A stretch of DNA of 64,000 nucleotides from Patescibacteria group bacterium (GCA_004297205.1 SCUL01000001.1:29862-93861); one strand, 5' to 3'. Counted from the first letter of the stretch, positions 22,206 to 31,801 are shown. Translations and numbers: made by a program. The notes: generated from the sequence alone by a model not told the origin.

Positions 22206-23998
22206 GCGTTTCTGCGTAATACCGCGAGATAGGTCTCCGGCGGAATGTCAACGCTCCCCTGCCCGGCCATGCGCTTCTTGCCCTTCTTCTGCTTCTCCAG
22301 GAGCTTGCGTTTGCGCGTCACGTCGCCGCCGCTCATTTTGGCGAGCACGTCCTTGCGGAAGGCCGAGATGCGCTCCGAGGCCACGACTTTGCCGCCGATC
22401 GAGGCCTGCAGCTTCACTTCGAAGTTCTGGCGCGGCAGGGATTCCTTGAGCTTCTCGACAACGGCGCGACCGACGCGCAGCGTTTCCTCGCGCGGCAGCA
22501 GCGCGGCCAGCGCCTCGACCGGCTCTTCGGCCACCAGAATGTCCAGCTTCACGATGTCGGCTTCGCGTTCGCCGATCAGTTCGTAATTCATGGAAGCGTA
22601 GCCGGAAGACGCCGACTTCAGCCGGTCGTAAAAGTCGACGAGGATCGAGGAGAGCGGAATGTCGTAATGGAGCACGACGCGGCCTTTGCCCTGCTCGCCG
22701 CTCGTCAGATACTCCGTGTTCTTGTAGATGCCGCGCTTCTCGGCCACCAGCGCCATGATGCCGCCGATGGCCGCCTCCGGCGCCACGACATCGAGTTTGA
22801 CCCACGGCTCTTCCACTTTGGCGAGGCGGGACGGGTCCGGAAACGCCGCCGGGCTCTTGATGACGTTCACCTGCCCGTCGGTCGTGCTGACGCGGTAGGC
22901 CACGGACGGCGTGGTCACCACGATCTCCATGTTGTGCTCGCGCTTCAAACGCTCCTGGACGATTTCCAAGTGGAGCAGGCCGAGCATGCCGCAACGGAAC
23001 CCGAAGCCGAGCGCCGCCGAATGTTCCGGCTCGAAGGCCAACGAGGCGTCGGAGAGTTTGAGTTTCAAGATGGCGTCACGCAGCCGTTCGTATTCGTTCC
23101 CTTCTTTGGGGAAGATGCCGGCGTAGACCATCGGTTTGACCTCGCGGTAACCGGCCAGCGGTTCCGCGCCTGCGCCTTTCACGGTGACGGTGTCGCCGAC
23201 GCGAACGCCCTCGATATTTTTGAGCGCCGTGACGATGTAGCCGATCATGCCGGTTTCCAGATCCGGCTCCGCGATGGGCTGCGGCGTGAAGCGGCCGACC
23301 TCGAGCGCCTGGCCGTCCAGCGCCGTGCCGATCAGGTGGATCGGCGCGTTGGTGCGCACGCTTCCATCGACGATGCGACAGTAGGCCACCACGCCTTTGA
23401 ACTCGTCGTACTTGGAGTCGAAAATGAGCGCGCGCAGCGGCGCGGACGGATTCCCCTTCGGCGGCGGGATGCGCGCGAGAATCGCGTCGAGGATGGCGGG
23501 GACGCCCTCGCCGGTTTTACCGGAGGCGCGCAGCACGTCCTCGGGCGCGCAGCCGATCAGCCCGACGATTTCCCCGATCACCTTGTCCACCTGCGCGTTC
23601 GGGAGGTCGATCTTGTTGACGACCGGGATGATCGTCAGATTCTGCTCCATCGCGAGGTACAGGTTGCCGAGCGTCTGGGCCTGCACGCCCTGCGTGGCAT
23701 CGACGAGCAGCAGCGCGCCTTCGACGGCGGCCAGCGAGCGGGAGACTTCATAGGTGAAGTCGACGTGTCCCGGCGTGTCGATCAGGTTCAGCACGTGGTC
23801 CTTGTAGGTCATGCGCGCCGGCTGCAGCTTGATGGTGATGCCGCGCTCGCGTTCCAAATCCATCATGTCCAAGAGCTGCTCCTTCATCTTGCGCTTCTCG
23901 ACCGTGCCGGTGATCTCAAGCAAACGATCGGCAAGCGTGGACTTGCCGTGGTCGATATGGGCGATGATGCAGAAGTTACGGATCCGGTTCTGATCCAT
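22202..23998 (-). CDS. lepA: Elongation factor 4
   Basis: IRNFCIIAHIDHGKSTLADR, DTPGHVDF, KRKLLEKQKKGKKRM; start reset to MDQNR. Confidence 0.98.
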   Translation of the reverse strand: MDQNRIRNFCIIAHIDHGKSTLADRLLEITGTVEKRKMKEQLLDMMDLERERGITIKLQPARMTYKDHVLNLIDTPGHVDFTYEVSRSLAAVEGALLLVDATQGVQAQTLGNLYLAMEQNLTIIPVVNKIDLPNAQVDKVIGEIVGLIGCAPEDVLRASGKTGEGVPAILDAILARIPPPKGNPSAPLRALIFDSKYDEFKGVVAYCRIVDGSVRTNAPIHLIGTALDGQALEVGRFTPQPIAEPDLETGMIGYIVTALKNIEGVRVGDTVTVKGAGAEPLAGYREVKPMVYAGIFPKEGNEYERLRDAILKLKLSDASLAFEPEHSAALGFGFRCGMLGLLHLEIVQERLKREHNMEIVVTTPSVAYRVSTTDGQVNVIKSPAAFPDPSRLAKVEEPWVKLDVVAPEAAIGGIMALVAEKRGIYKNTEYLTSGEQGKGRVVLHYDIPLSSILVDFYDRLKSASSGYASMNYELIGEREADIVKLDILVAEEPVEALAALLPREETLRVGRAVVEKLKESLPRQNFEVKLQASIGGKVVASERISAFRKDVLAKMSGGDVTRKRKLLEKQKKGKKRMAGQGSVDIPPETYLAVLRRNA

Positions 23999-24063
23999 AG
24001 AACGCAGCCGATCATACGGGGAAAAGCCCGCCTTGGCTAACCCTCGTCGTTCTTTCTTCAGGC

Positions 24064-24092
24064 TTGACCGGAAGCCGTTTTTGTTGCATGAT
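24064..24092 (+). promoter_or_regulatory. Sigma70-like promoter
   Basis: TTGACC-N17-CATGAT. Confidence 0.5.
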
Positions 24093-24137
24093 CTTGGCCG
24101 TCTTGGGAGCTCCCTTTCCCGGACCCACGGAGGACGC

Positions 24138-24317
24138 GTGATCGACACCACCGGATACGGCCGCCTGCGCGCGCAGCAAGAGAACCGTCGCAAGCTCCGG
24201 GGCATGATCGCCGTCGCGATCATCCTCGGCCTCGTCAATTACCTGAAGTGGCAGGCCGAGCGCGACGCGCCGCCCCCGCCGCGCGACCTGCCGATCGCCA
24301 TCGGCCCCGGCATGTAG
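24138..24317 (+). CDS. 59-aa single-TM protein (cassette-type ORFan)
   Basis: GGAGG then GTG; TM segment MIAVAIILGLVNYL; Pro-rich tail. Confidence 0.6.
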   Translation: MIDTTGYGRLRAQQENRRKLRGMIAVAIILGLVNYLKWQAERDAPPPPRDLPIAIGPGM

Positions 24318-24348
24318 GATTCGACACGTCTGCCGCCCTCTGAGCGGC

Positions 24349-24380
24349 CGCAGCGCACCCGCGCTGCTTCTTTTTTTACA
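24349..24380 (+). terminator. Intrinsic terminator, 32-bp direct repeat copy 1
   Basis: CGCAGCGCACCCGCGCTGCTTCTTTTTTTACA. Confidence 0.8.
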
Positions 24381-24408
24381 GCCGTTCCCCTTCCCCATTG
24401 CTGGCGGA

Positions 24409-24437
24409 TTGACTCACCGCCTTTTTCATGATAGGAA
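24409..24437 (+). promoter_or_regulatory. Sigma70-like promoter
   Basis: TTGACT-N17-TAGGAA with a TG extension. Confidence 0.5.
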
Positions 24438-24507
24438 AGTGACGCCTGGAGAACAACGAAAACAGTCGAGGTTCTTCGAGGTCGGTCCTGAACAAACGGA
24501 GCGAACA

Positions 24508-25944
24508 TTGGAAATCCTGTTGATGCGGACGACGTTCCCCGAACCGACGTCATACCACGAAGCTACGGTTCGTCTGGCAGCCCTGAAGCAGGGCGTGAAG
24601 GAAGTCACGGCAGCCCTGAAGGACAAGCACCTGCGGTTTCCCGAAACCGGCCGTCGCATGACGACGGCGGAGTACTTCGAGTGGAAACTGACGGCGCGCA
24701 GGTCGCTGATGGAGAAGGAGCGCGAGATCGCCTTCCTTCGGGCATGGGTGAACGAGAACAAGTCGGTCGGCGTCCAGCACCACCAGGCCCAGTCGTCGCT
24801 GGACCAATCGATGCTGTCTGAATGCCGTACGGCCTTGCTGCGCCTCGATATGAAGGGACTGCTGCAGGAGCAGGAGCGCGTGTTGCTGCGACAGCTGGAA
24901 CATCGGCTCGGCGTCGGTCTGGATCCGCTGATCCAGAAGGCGCGGTCCTGCATGACGGGCAACCCGCACAATATCTTCTCGTACGGTTCCATGATCGTCC
25001 GGGCGACCCGCGACCAGGAGGACCTGGACGCCCTTCGCCGTCAATGGGAGTCCGTCAGCGGCGGCGCGTACGATCCCGTCGTCAAGGCACGGTGCGCGCG
25101 GGAGCATGTCCGGGCGCTGCTCGCGATGGGCGCCACCGACGAAGCGCGCGGAATCCTCGAATCCTGCGACGAATCGGTGATCGATACGGCCTACGCCTGG
25201 TTGTGGTTCGCGGAGGAGACGGAGGATGCCGACGCCCTGGAACGAGTGCGCGTCCTGGCAGCTTCACGCGCGGACTCGCGGGATGCGATGCTGTGGATCC
25301 TGACCTACCGAGTCTCGGGCGAGGCGGCCGACGCGCTGCAGGCGAATCGGATGGTCAGAGACCACAAGAATCCACCCCTCTTCCTGATGGTCCTCGGTCA
25401 GGCGTACGCGTGGCACGGGCGCGTCGAGGAAGCTCAGGCGATCCTGCGCGGACTTGACGACGAACGGGCGCTCGAGCTTTCCTGCACCATCGCCCTCGAG
25501 ACGCGCGATGAGGCGGATCGTACGCGCGCGATCAGCGTGCTGGAGCGGCATGTTCCCGAGAAACAGCGCACGATCCGCGAGGTCCTGCGCGTGCTCGCCT
25601 CGCACGGGGAGACGGATCTGGCTCTGCGGACCGTCAAGGATCTGAAGAGCCAGACGGACCGCTGTTTCGCCTTCGGACGCCTGTCGTGGGAGATCGACGA
25701 CCTCGACCTGCGCAAGAAGTTTCTGGTCAAAGCGGATGAACTGACGGTCAACTTGGTCGATAAGAGCAGTGCCGGTGCCATGGCCCTTCTGAACGTCAGC
25801 GTCGGCCACGCGATGCTGGACAACATCGCCCGCGCCGCGCAGATCGCGGAAACCATCAGGGACCGGGAATGCCGGTGCCGCGCCTTCTTGATCAGTTACG
25901 AAATCACGCGGGACGGCATGTCGCGCATCGTCGAAGACATCTAG
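24508..25944 (+). CDS. Hypothetical alpha-helical/TPR-like protein (cassette-type ORFan)
   Basis: Long ORF with repeated helix-pair motifs (LGQAYAWHGRVEEA, LASHGETDLA); start TTG 24508 (GGAG) or ATG 24523. Confidence 0.7.
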   Translation: MEILLMRTTFPEPTSYHEATVRLAALKQGVKEVTAALKDKHLRFPETGRRMTTAEYFEWKLTARRSLMEKEREIAFLRAWVNENKSVGVQHHQAQSSLDQSMLSECRTALLRLDMKGLLQEQERVLLRQLEHRLGVGLDPLIQKARSCMTGNPHNIFSYGSMIVRATRDQEDLDALRRQWESVSGGAYDPVVKARCAREHVRALLAMGATDEARGILESCDESVIDTAYAWLWFAEETEDADALERVRVLAASRADSRDAMLWILTYRVSGEAADALQANRMVRDHKNPPLFLMVLGQAYAWHGRVEEAQAILRGLDDERALELSCTIALETRDEADRTRAISVLERHVPEKQRTIREVLRVLASHGETDLALRTVKDLKSQTDRCFAFGRLSWEIDDLDLRKKFLVKADELTVNLVDKSSAGAMALLNVSVGHAMLDNIARAAQIAETIRDRECRCRAFLISYEITRDGMSRIVEDI

Positions 25945-25968
25945 ACGAACACGGCGGCACGAACCGCA

Positions 25969-26000
25969 CGCAGCGCACCCGCGCTGCTTCTTTTTTTACA
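25969..26000 (+). terminator. Intrinsic terminator, 32-bp direct repeat copy 2
   Basis: Identical to 24349-24380. Confidence 0.8.
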
Positions 26001-26005
26001 CGGAA

Positions 26006-26039
26006 ATAAAAAAGGCGGGCTCCCGAGGGGGAACCCGTC
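26006..26039 (-). terminator. Intrinsic terminator of 26057-27142
   Basis: GGGTTCCC-CCTC-GGGAGCCC followed by GCCTTTTTTAT. Confidence 0.65.
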
Positions 26040-26056
26040 GTCCGACGGCCGCGCGC

Positions 26057-27142
26057 TCAGCCGAGCGCGGCGACGACGGCGTCCGCGATGCGCTCCGGCG
26101 CGTCCGGCGCGATCAGCGCCCGGAACGGGTCGGCGAGCGATCGCATGGCGTGCGCGCCGTGCGCCGTACCCGCGAGCACGTCGATGACGCGGTCGCGCAC
26201 CCCGGCCGGGGTCGTCGCCTTGATCGCGGCGCCGGCGGCCACGGCCGGCGAGTCGCCGCGCGGGTAGCCGACCGCGAGGCGCGGCTCCGGCGGCCCGTAG
26301 TGCGTGCTGATGCACGCCACGTGCGCCAGCACGGCCACGTAGCACTGCGTGCTGCCCCACGTCCCGACGACGACGTCGGAGCCGATCGTGAGCTCGTCCG
26401 CCCCGAGCGCCGTGGCCGCAGCCGGATCGATCCGGAACGACGCCGGCCAGGACGCGATGCGCTCCCGGATCTGGCCGAGCACTGGTTCGGCCATCTTGGG
26501 GTGCACGCGCGCGGCCACGCGCAGCTCCGGATGCTTCTGGAGCGGCTCGATGCCCTCGATGACGGTCGCGAGCTCCTCCGCGGGACGGTCGCCCCCCGAG
26601 TACCAGGTGAGCAGCTTCTCGGCGGTCCGTAGGCCGAGCGCCGTACGGACGCGTTCGCGCACGTCCACCTGCCGGGCGATCAGCTGACCGACGTGGGCGA
26701 ACGTCGGCTTGCCGCAGACGACGATCTGCGCGTCCGGCCACGCCTGGTGCGCGATACCCCCCGCCACCTCGTCGATGGCGCAGAGCACGCTCGGCCCGGC
26801 GCAGCCGCGCACCGAAGCGCGCTCGCCGGTGCCGTACAGATCCTCGATCCAAATCACCGGAATTCCGCGCGAGCGGCCCCAGTCCGTCCAGGCGATCTGC
26901 GCGCCCACCGCCGTGGCGCTCACCCCGACGACGATCGCGTCGGGCGCGTCGCCGTCGACCGGCATGCGGCCCTGCGACGTCGGACCGAGGTCCGGCGGCA
27001 GCACCGTCGCCGCCTTGGACTGCGGCGAGGCGTCGAGCACGATCTCGATCCCGACCCTGCGCTTCTTGAGGAGCGCGAGCGCCGGGACCGTCTCCTTGCA
27101 TCCTCCGATGTCGCCGAACACGGCGATGATGTGCTTCTGCAT
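26057..27142 (-). CDS. Putative GT-B-fold protein (glycosyltransferase/epimerase-like)
   Basis: D.GG N-terminal loop, IED, G.P.F, RVHP, GST motifs; SD AGGAG before MQKHII. Confidence 0.55.
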   Translation of the reverse strand: MQKHIIAVFGDIGGCKETVPALALLKKRRVGIEIVLDASPQSKAATVLPPDLGPTSQGRMPVDGDAPDAIVVGVSATAVGAQIAWTDWGRSRGIPVIWIEDLYGTGERASVRGCAGPSVLCAIDEVAGGIAHQAWPDAQIVVCGKPTFAHVGQLIARQVDVRERVRTALGLRTAEKLLTWYSGGDRPAEELATVIEGIEPLQKHPELRVAARVHPKMAEPVLGQIRERIASWPASFRIDPAAATALGADELTIGSDVVVGTWGSTQCYVAVLAHVACISTHYGPPEPRLAVGYPRGDSPAVAAGAAIKATTPAGVRDRVIDVLAGTAHGAHAMRSLADPFRALIAPDAPERIADAVVAALG

Positions 27143-27180
27143 GGAACCGTCTCTCCTTCTTCCCCGCTGGGGGTGCCGCG

Positions 27181-27209
27181 AACGTACGCGAGGAAATACC
27201 ATACGTCAA
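27181..27209 (-). promoter_or_regulatory. Sigma70-like promoter
   Basis: TTGACG-N17-TACGTT, 3 nt past the murJ stop. Confidence 0.6.
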
Positions 27210-27212
27210 GGG

Positions 27213-28880
27213 CTACAGCCGCTCCCCTTCTCCCACGCCGAGCGGACGCGTAATGCGCATGACGCGCTTGTGCGCCGCGGACAGGAACAGTTCGGCTTCT
27301 TCCGTTTTAAAGGCCAACGCGGCAAGCATGTACACGGCGCCGCCCAGCCCGGCCGCGACCAGGAACTGCGCCAACAAACCGAGATAGGTACGGGTCTGCG
27401 CGAAAATTTCCGCCGCCTGCAGCCCGCCGTACGCGGCGACCGCCGCGAGCAGCGACGCGGCCAGCACCTTGACCGCGGACAATGCCAGCCGCCGGCCGCC
27501 GAACGAACCAAAACGCAGGCGCAGCACCACGGCCAGCGCCGTGACGTGCACGGCCGCCGCGGCCGAGAACGCCAGCGGCAAGGCCAGCATGCGCAGGTCA
27601 GCAATGTCCTCGAGGCGCAGCAGGCGCACCAGCGCGTCCACGACCGGACCGTCCGCCGCCAGGAATCCGGGGAAACCCCAGGCCAACGTCAGGTTGACGG
27701 CCACGGCCGCGCCGGAGACGAGCACCGGAATCCAGGTGTTCTTCATGGCGTAGAAGGCGCGGGAAAACAGCGGCGCCAGCCCCTGCAGGAACAGCGTGAG
27801 CGCGAACAGCGCCAACGCCGCGGCGGCCAGCCGCGTGTCGCTCCAGGAAAGTTCGCGCGTGCCGATGATGAGGCGGATGATGTGGGCGCGCAACACGATC
27901 GTCAAAAATCCGATGGGCAACAGAAAGAACACGATTTGCCGGCCGGCGGCACCGAAGGCGCGGACAAAAGCCTCGCGGTTTTTGCTTGCCAACGATTCGG
28001 TCAGCGTCGGGAAGGCGGCGATGGCGAACGGATAGCCGAAGACCGCCACCGGCACCACGGCGATGTTCGTGGCCAGGTTGAACAACGCGACCGAACCGGA
28101 CGCGAGCATCGAGCCGATGGCCGTGCCGACGAAAACGCTGACCTGGGAAATGTCGACGCCCCAGATACGCGGCACGAACAGTTTCAGGAAATCCCGGAAG
28201 GCCGCGCCGGAAAAGGTGAACGACGGCCGGACGCGCCAGCCGGTCATGACGGCCGCCGCGGCCTGCACGCACAGGTGCAGCGCCGCACCCGCCACCACGA
28301 ACCAGGCCACGCCGCGCACGTCCTTGCCGGCCAGGAGCCCGGCGATGATGGCCGCGTTATAGACGACCGGGGCCGCGGCCACGGCCAGGAACCGTTTCCG
28401 CGCGTTCAGCACCGATCCGAAAACGTTGGAGAGGGAAAACAGGAACACCGACAACGCCAGGATGCGCGTCAGCTCGGCGGTCATCACACGCGTCGCCGGT
28501 GCGAAGCCCGGCAGGAAGGCGTCGGTCAACGGCGGCGCGAAGCAGGCCACGCCGAGCGCGAGCACGCCCATGACGAGCGCGGTCGCCGTCAGCACGCCGT
28601 CGGCAAAGCGCCAGGCGTCCTGTTCGCGTTTCTGCCAGAGCGCCGTGAAGACCGGAATGAAGGCCACGGACAGCGTGCCGAGCACGAGCAGGTTGTAGAC
28701 CATGTTCGGCACCTGGAAGGCCGCGTAATAGGCATCGAGCTCCGGTCCGACGCCGAACCGGCCTACCAGGAGCCGCTCGCGCAACACCCCGAGGATGCGC
28801 GATGCCAAAGACGCGGCGCCCAGCAGGAGCGCCGCGCCGGTGATGCTCGTGGTTTCGCGGGAGAGCAACTTGCCGATCAT
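27213..28880 (-). CDS. murJ: Lipid II flippase
   Basis: SRILGVLRE, DAYYAAFQVP, AFIPVF, RAFYA; start reset to MIGKLL. Confidence 0.93.
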   Translation of the reverse strand: MIGKLLSRETTSITGAALLLGAASLASRILGVLRERLLVGRFGVGPELDAYYAAFQVPNMVYNLLVLGTLSVAFIPVFTALWQKREQDAWRFADGVLTATALVMGVLALGVACFAPPLTDAFLPGFAPATRVMTAELTRILALSVFLFSLSNVFGSVLNARKRFLAVAAAPVVYNAAIIAGLLAGKDVRGVAWFVVAGAALHLCVQAAAAVMTGWRVRPSFTFSGAAFRDFLKLFVPRIWGVDISQVSVFVGTAIGSMLASGSVALFNLATNIAVVPVAVFGYPFAIAAFPTLTESLASKNREAFVRAFGAAGRQIVFFLLPIGFLTIVLRAHIIRLIIGTRELSWSDTRLAAAALALFALTLFLQGLAPLFSRAFYAMKNTWIPVLVSGAAVAVNLTLAWGFPGFLAADGPVVDALVRLLRLEDIADLRMLALPLAFSAAAAVHVTALAVVLRLRFGSFGGRRLALSAVKVLAASLLAAVAAYGGLQAAEIFAQTRTYLGLLAQFLVAAGLGGAVYMLAALAFKTEEAELFLSAAHKRVMRITRPLGVGEGERL

Positions 28881-30058
28881 GCGTTCTTCGACCGTCGCCG
28901 CGCGCCTTCCGCGAGCGCCACCATGCCCGCGGCCACGGCACCGATCAGGCCCATGAGTGCCAGGAGCCGCCAGTTGCGCAGGTCGAAGAAAGCGATGTGT
29001 ACGCGCATGACATCCTTGGCTTGCACGCCGTCCGCGCCCGTCACGGTCAGCGTCACGTTGTAGGATCCGGGCGTGCCGAAGCGATGTTCCACTTCCGTAC
29101 CATCCGCGGACGAACCGTCGCCGAAGTCCCAATGCACGGAGGAGCCGCGTCCGCCGTCGGCGTCCTTGGCGATGAAGCGGAAGGTGTCCCAACCGACGCG
29201 TTTGCTGGAAATCGCAGCCACCGGCGGGAGCGCCGGCGTGCCGGTGGCGCTGCCGACGTTGACGATCTCCGGCGTGGTCGTGGCCGTGAGTGCAACGTCG
29301 GATGCAGCGGACGCGCGCGTGCCCTCCTCTTCTTCCGCGGCAGCGGGTTGCGGCGCAGGCGTCGGTGCGGGGGCTGGTGCGGGTGCAAGAGCTGGCGCGG
29401 GCGGCGGCGTCTGCGTGCGGTTCGGATCGGCCGGGAAAGCGTCTTGGCCGTCGTTCACGCCGTCGCCGTCGGAATCCGGATTGGTCGGCGACGTGCCGAG
29501 GCCGCCTTCATTGGCGTCCGGGATGCCGTCGTTGTCGTCGTCGGTGTCGCAGGCGTTGCCCTGGCCGTCGCCGTCGGTGTCGAGCTGGTCGGCATTGGCC
29601 ACGGTCGGACAGTTGTCGGCGTTGTCCGGTCTGCCGTCGCCGTCGCCGTCTTTGACGACGGTGAACAGCGCGGACACGGCGGTGTCGTTGGCCGGGTTCT
29701 GGTCGGCCGGATTCGTGCCCTGGACCTGGACGCGGATGTTGAAATCGTTGTCGGGCACGGTGAAGTCGACCCAGACTTCCTCGTCCTGGCTGCCGGCGCG
29801 CACGGAAATGACCTGCGACTGCCCGAGCAGCTGGTTGCTCTGGAAAAAACTGGCGTAGCCGCTGACGTCGAGATTGCCTTCGTTCTTGATGCGGGCGTAG
29901 ACGCGGATGTTGTCGCCCGCCAGAAGCGTCGGTTTGGAAAAACTGATGGTGTTGTTGTAGACCCCCAGGTCGTAGTCGAATTGCGCTGCGACGGCGGGCC
30001 AGGCCAGGCTGAGCATGGCGGCGGCTCCGACGGCGATCCTCCCGACGCGCTGGAACAT
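28877..30058 (-). CDS. Membrane-anchored surface protein (CARDB-like + thrombospondin type 3 repeats + PKD)
   Basis: Signal peptide, DNCPTVANADQLDTDGDGQGNACD, WDFGDG, C-terminal TM. Confidence 0.85.
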   Translation of the reverse strand: MFQRVGRIAVGAAAMLSLAWPAVAAQFDYDLGVYNNTISFSKPTLLAGDNIRVYARIKNEGNLDVSGYASFFQSNQLLGQSQVISVRAGSQDEEVWVDFTVPDNDFNIRVQVQGTNPADQNPANDTAVSALFTVVKDGDGDGRPDNADNCPTVANADQLDTDGDGQGNACDTDDDNDGIPDANEGGLGTSPTNPDSDGDGVNDGQDAFPADPNRTQTPPPAPALAPAPAPAPTPAPQPAAAEEEEGTRASAASDVALTATTTPEIVNVGSATGTPALPPVAAISSKRVGWDTFRFIAKDADGGRGSSVHWDFGDGSSADGTEVEHRFGTPGSYNVTLTVTGADGVQAKDVMRVHIAFFDLRNWRLLALMGLIGAVAAGMVALAEGARRRSKNA

Positions 30059-30068
30059 AGATGACCTG

Positions 30069-30392
30069 TTAGACGTCATTATCCGGTAGAAAAAGCACGA
30101 TCTTCCCGTCTTCAACCGCCAGCTCGGCGGGTGGTAATATGCTGCCTTCCGGCGCTTCGCCGGCGATACGCTGCCCGCTCACCGCGTCGAAGGTGGCATG
30201 GTGCCGCGCGCAGACCATGGCCTCGCCCCGCTGTTGCAAGGCGCCGCCCTGGTGCGTGCAAGAGTCATAGTAACCGCGCACCCGCTCCCCGCTGCGCCAC
30301 ACCCAGACGCTCCGAAACCCCGCCCGATACCGCCGCAGCGCGCCGTCCGCGTGCGCGGAGAGTGCACCGAGCGGCAAACGGATCGAACTCAT
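30069..30392 (-). CDS. Rieske [2Fe-2S] ferredoxin
   Basis: CTHQG...CARHHATFD...G motifs; ATG overlaps the GT2 stop. Confidence 0.85.
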   Translation of the reverse strand: MSSIRLPLGALSAHADGALRRYRAGFRSVWVWRSGERVRGYYDSCTHQGGALQQRGEAMVCARHHATFDAVSGQRIAGEAPEGSILPPAELAVEDGKIVLFLPDNDV

Positions 30393-31117
30393 GGGCGGTC
30401 GGAACCGACCGCTTCCCTGGTGTATCCGAAGCGGTAGCGGAAGATGTCCGTCTTCACCGGACCGAGCGTCATCATGTGCATCTCGCACAGCGCGTAGCGC
30501 GCGGCGATGGACAGGTAGCCGTCGCGCCGGAAACGGCGCATGGACACCCTGATGCGGGGCTCCTTGATGATGCCGGCGCGGAAACCGAGGCGGGCGGCGC
30601 GCTGGGCGTAGTCGTGGTCCTCCGCGAGCCGGACCTGCTCGTCGAAGCCGTTGATGGCGTCGTGCGCCGGGCGGCGCGCCATCATGCACGGCCCGTGGGC
30701 GTGCGGCAGGATGCGCTCCATGGCGGTGATGTACCCGTTGTAGAAATCGTGGGAGACGCGGTCGATGAGCTTGTCGGACATCGGTTCCACAAGACAGGTG
30801 GCGACGTCGAGGCCGCGGACGGTGAACTGCGTCTGCACCTCGGCCAGGAAGTGCTCGTTCGGCACGATGACGTCGGCATCCAGAAACAGGAGCATGTCGC
30901 CTTTGGCGGCGGCAGCTCCCCGGTTGCGTCCGGGCGCCGGCATCCCGCCGTCCACGACGCGGCAACCCGCCGCCGTGGCGATCTCGCGGGTGCGGTCGGT
31001 GGAGTGCGCGTCGGCGACGATCACCTCGAAATCCCGGAACGTCTGGCGTTCCAGGGAGCGCAAAAGAAGAGGAAGAAACCCTTCCTCGTTGTACGTCGGA
31101 ATCACGATCGAAAGCAT
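30389..31117 (-). CDS. Glycosyltransferase family 2
   Basis: SIVIPTYNE, RNRGA, FLDAD, GFDE..AED. Confidence 0.92.
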   Translation of the reverse strand: MLSIVIPTYNEEGFLPLLLRSLERQTFRDFEVIVADAHSTDRTREIATAAGCRVVDGGMPAPGRNRGAAAAKGDMLLFLDADVIVPNEHFLAEVQTQFTVRGLDVATCLVEPMSDKLIDRVSHDFYNGYITAMERILPHAHGPCMMARRPAHDAINGFDEQVRLAEDHDYAQRAARLGFRAGIIKEPRIRVSMRRFRRDGYLSIAARYALCEMHMMTLGPVKTDIFRYRFGYTREAVGSDRP

Positions 31118-31163
31118 AGGTTGATCGTTCCCAGCATAGCAGAAACCCGGGGCGGTGTCGAGC

Positions 31164-31189
31164 ATAAAAAAGGAACCCGTTCAGGGTTC
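31164..31189 (-). terminator. Intrinsic terminator of 31181-31801
   Basis: GAACCC-TGAAC-GGGTTC followed by CTTTTTTAT. Confidence 0.6.
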
Positions 31190-31801
31190 TTCAGCGCATC
31201 CGTCGTCGATCCGCCCCGAGACGCTTCGGAAGTCCCCCGGGAAACCCTCGGGCATCCGGCCCTCGAAGAGGACGATGCAGGGAGTCCTCGGAAACCGGCT
31301 GGCGAACAGCAGGGCAACGTCGCGACGAACGAACTCGACGATGTCATCCCCCGTCAGGTTCCAGCGGCGTCCGTCATATCGCTGCAGCGAGAACGCCTGG
31401 AACTGCAACGGCAGCCATCTCGTATGGAAGCCGTCACCGGAACGCGCGTCGATGCGGATGTCCGCTTCCGTCATCGGCACCCGATCCGCGGCCAGGAACG
31501 ACAGCCGCGCGTCGATGCGATGTCCGCCTCCGCACATGCGGACGGACAGCATTTCCTTGCCGGTCAGCGGCTCCCGGCGAGGGGCCGCGCAGGCCATGAC
31601 GGCCGCGAGCTGCGCTTCCTCCTCCGCGGTCAGCGGAGCGGCCTCGTCCGCCGGCGCTTCCGACGACGTGGCATACGCGTGACGGGCGCGGGCGACTTCC
31701 TCGCGCCGCAGGTCGATCATCTCGTCCATCAGGAACGCGGCGACCGTGACGGACACGATCACGAAGACCAGTCCCCAGAACGGAGCATCTTTTTTGCTCA
31801 T
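31181..31801 (-). CDS. Hypothetical single-TM protein (cassette-type ORFan)
   Basis: SD GGAGGAGG before MSKKDAPFW; N-terminal TM; TTGACG at 31846-31841. Confidence 0.65.
   Translation of the reverse strand: MSKKDAPFWGLVFVIVSVTVAAFLMDEMIDLRREEVARARHAYATSSEAPADEAAPLTAEEEAQLAAVMACAAPRREPLTGKEMLSVRMCGGGHRIDARLSFLAADRVPMTEADIRIDARSGDGFHTRWLPLQFQAFSLQRYDGRRWNLTGDDIVEFVRRDVALLFASRFPRTPCIVLFEGRMPEGFPGDFRSVSGRIDDGCAEEP

Noticed and set aside
24064-27209. Integron or prophage explanation for the ORFan cluster
   Set aside because: No integrase, attC-like GTTRRRY structures or phage genes seen; genes have their own promoters and mixed orientation.
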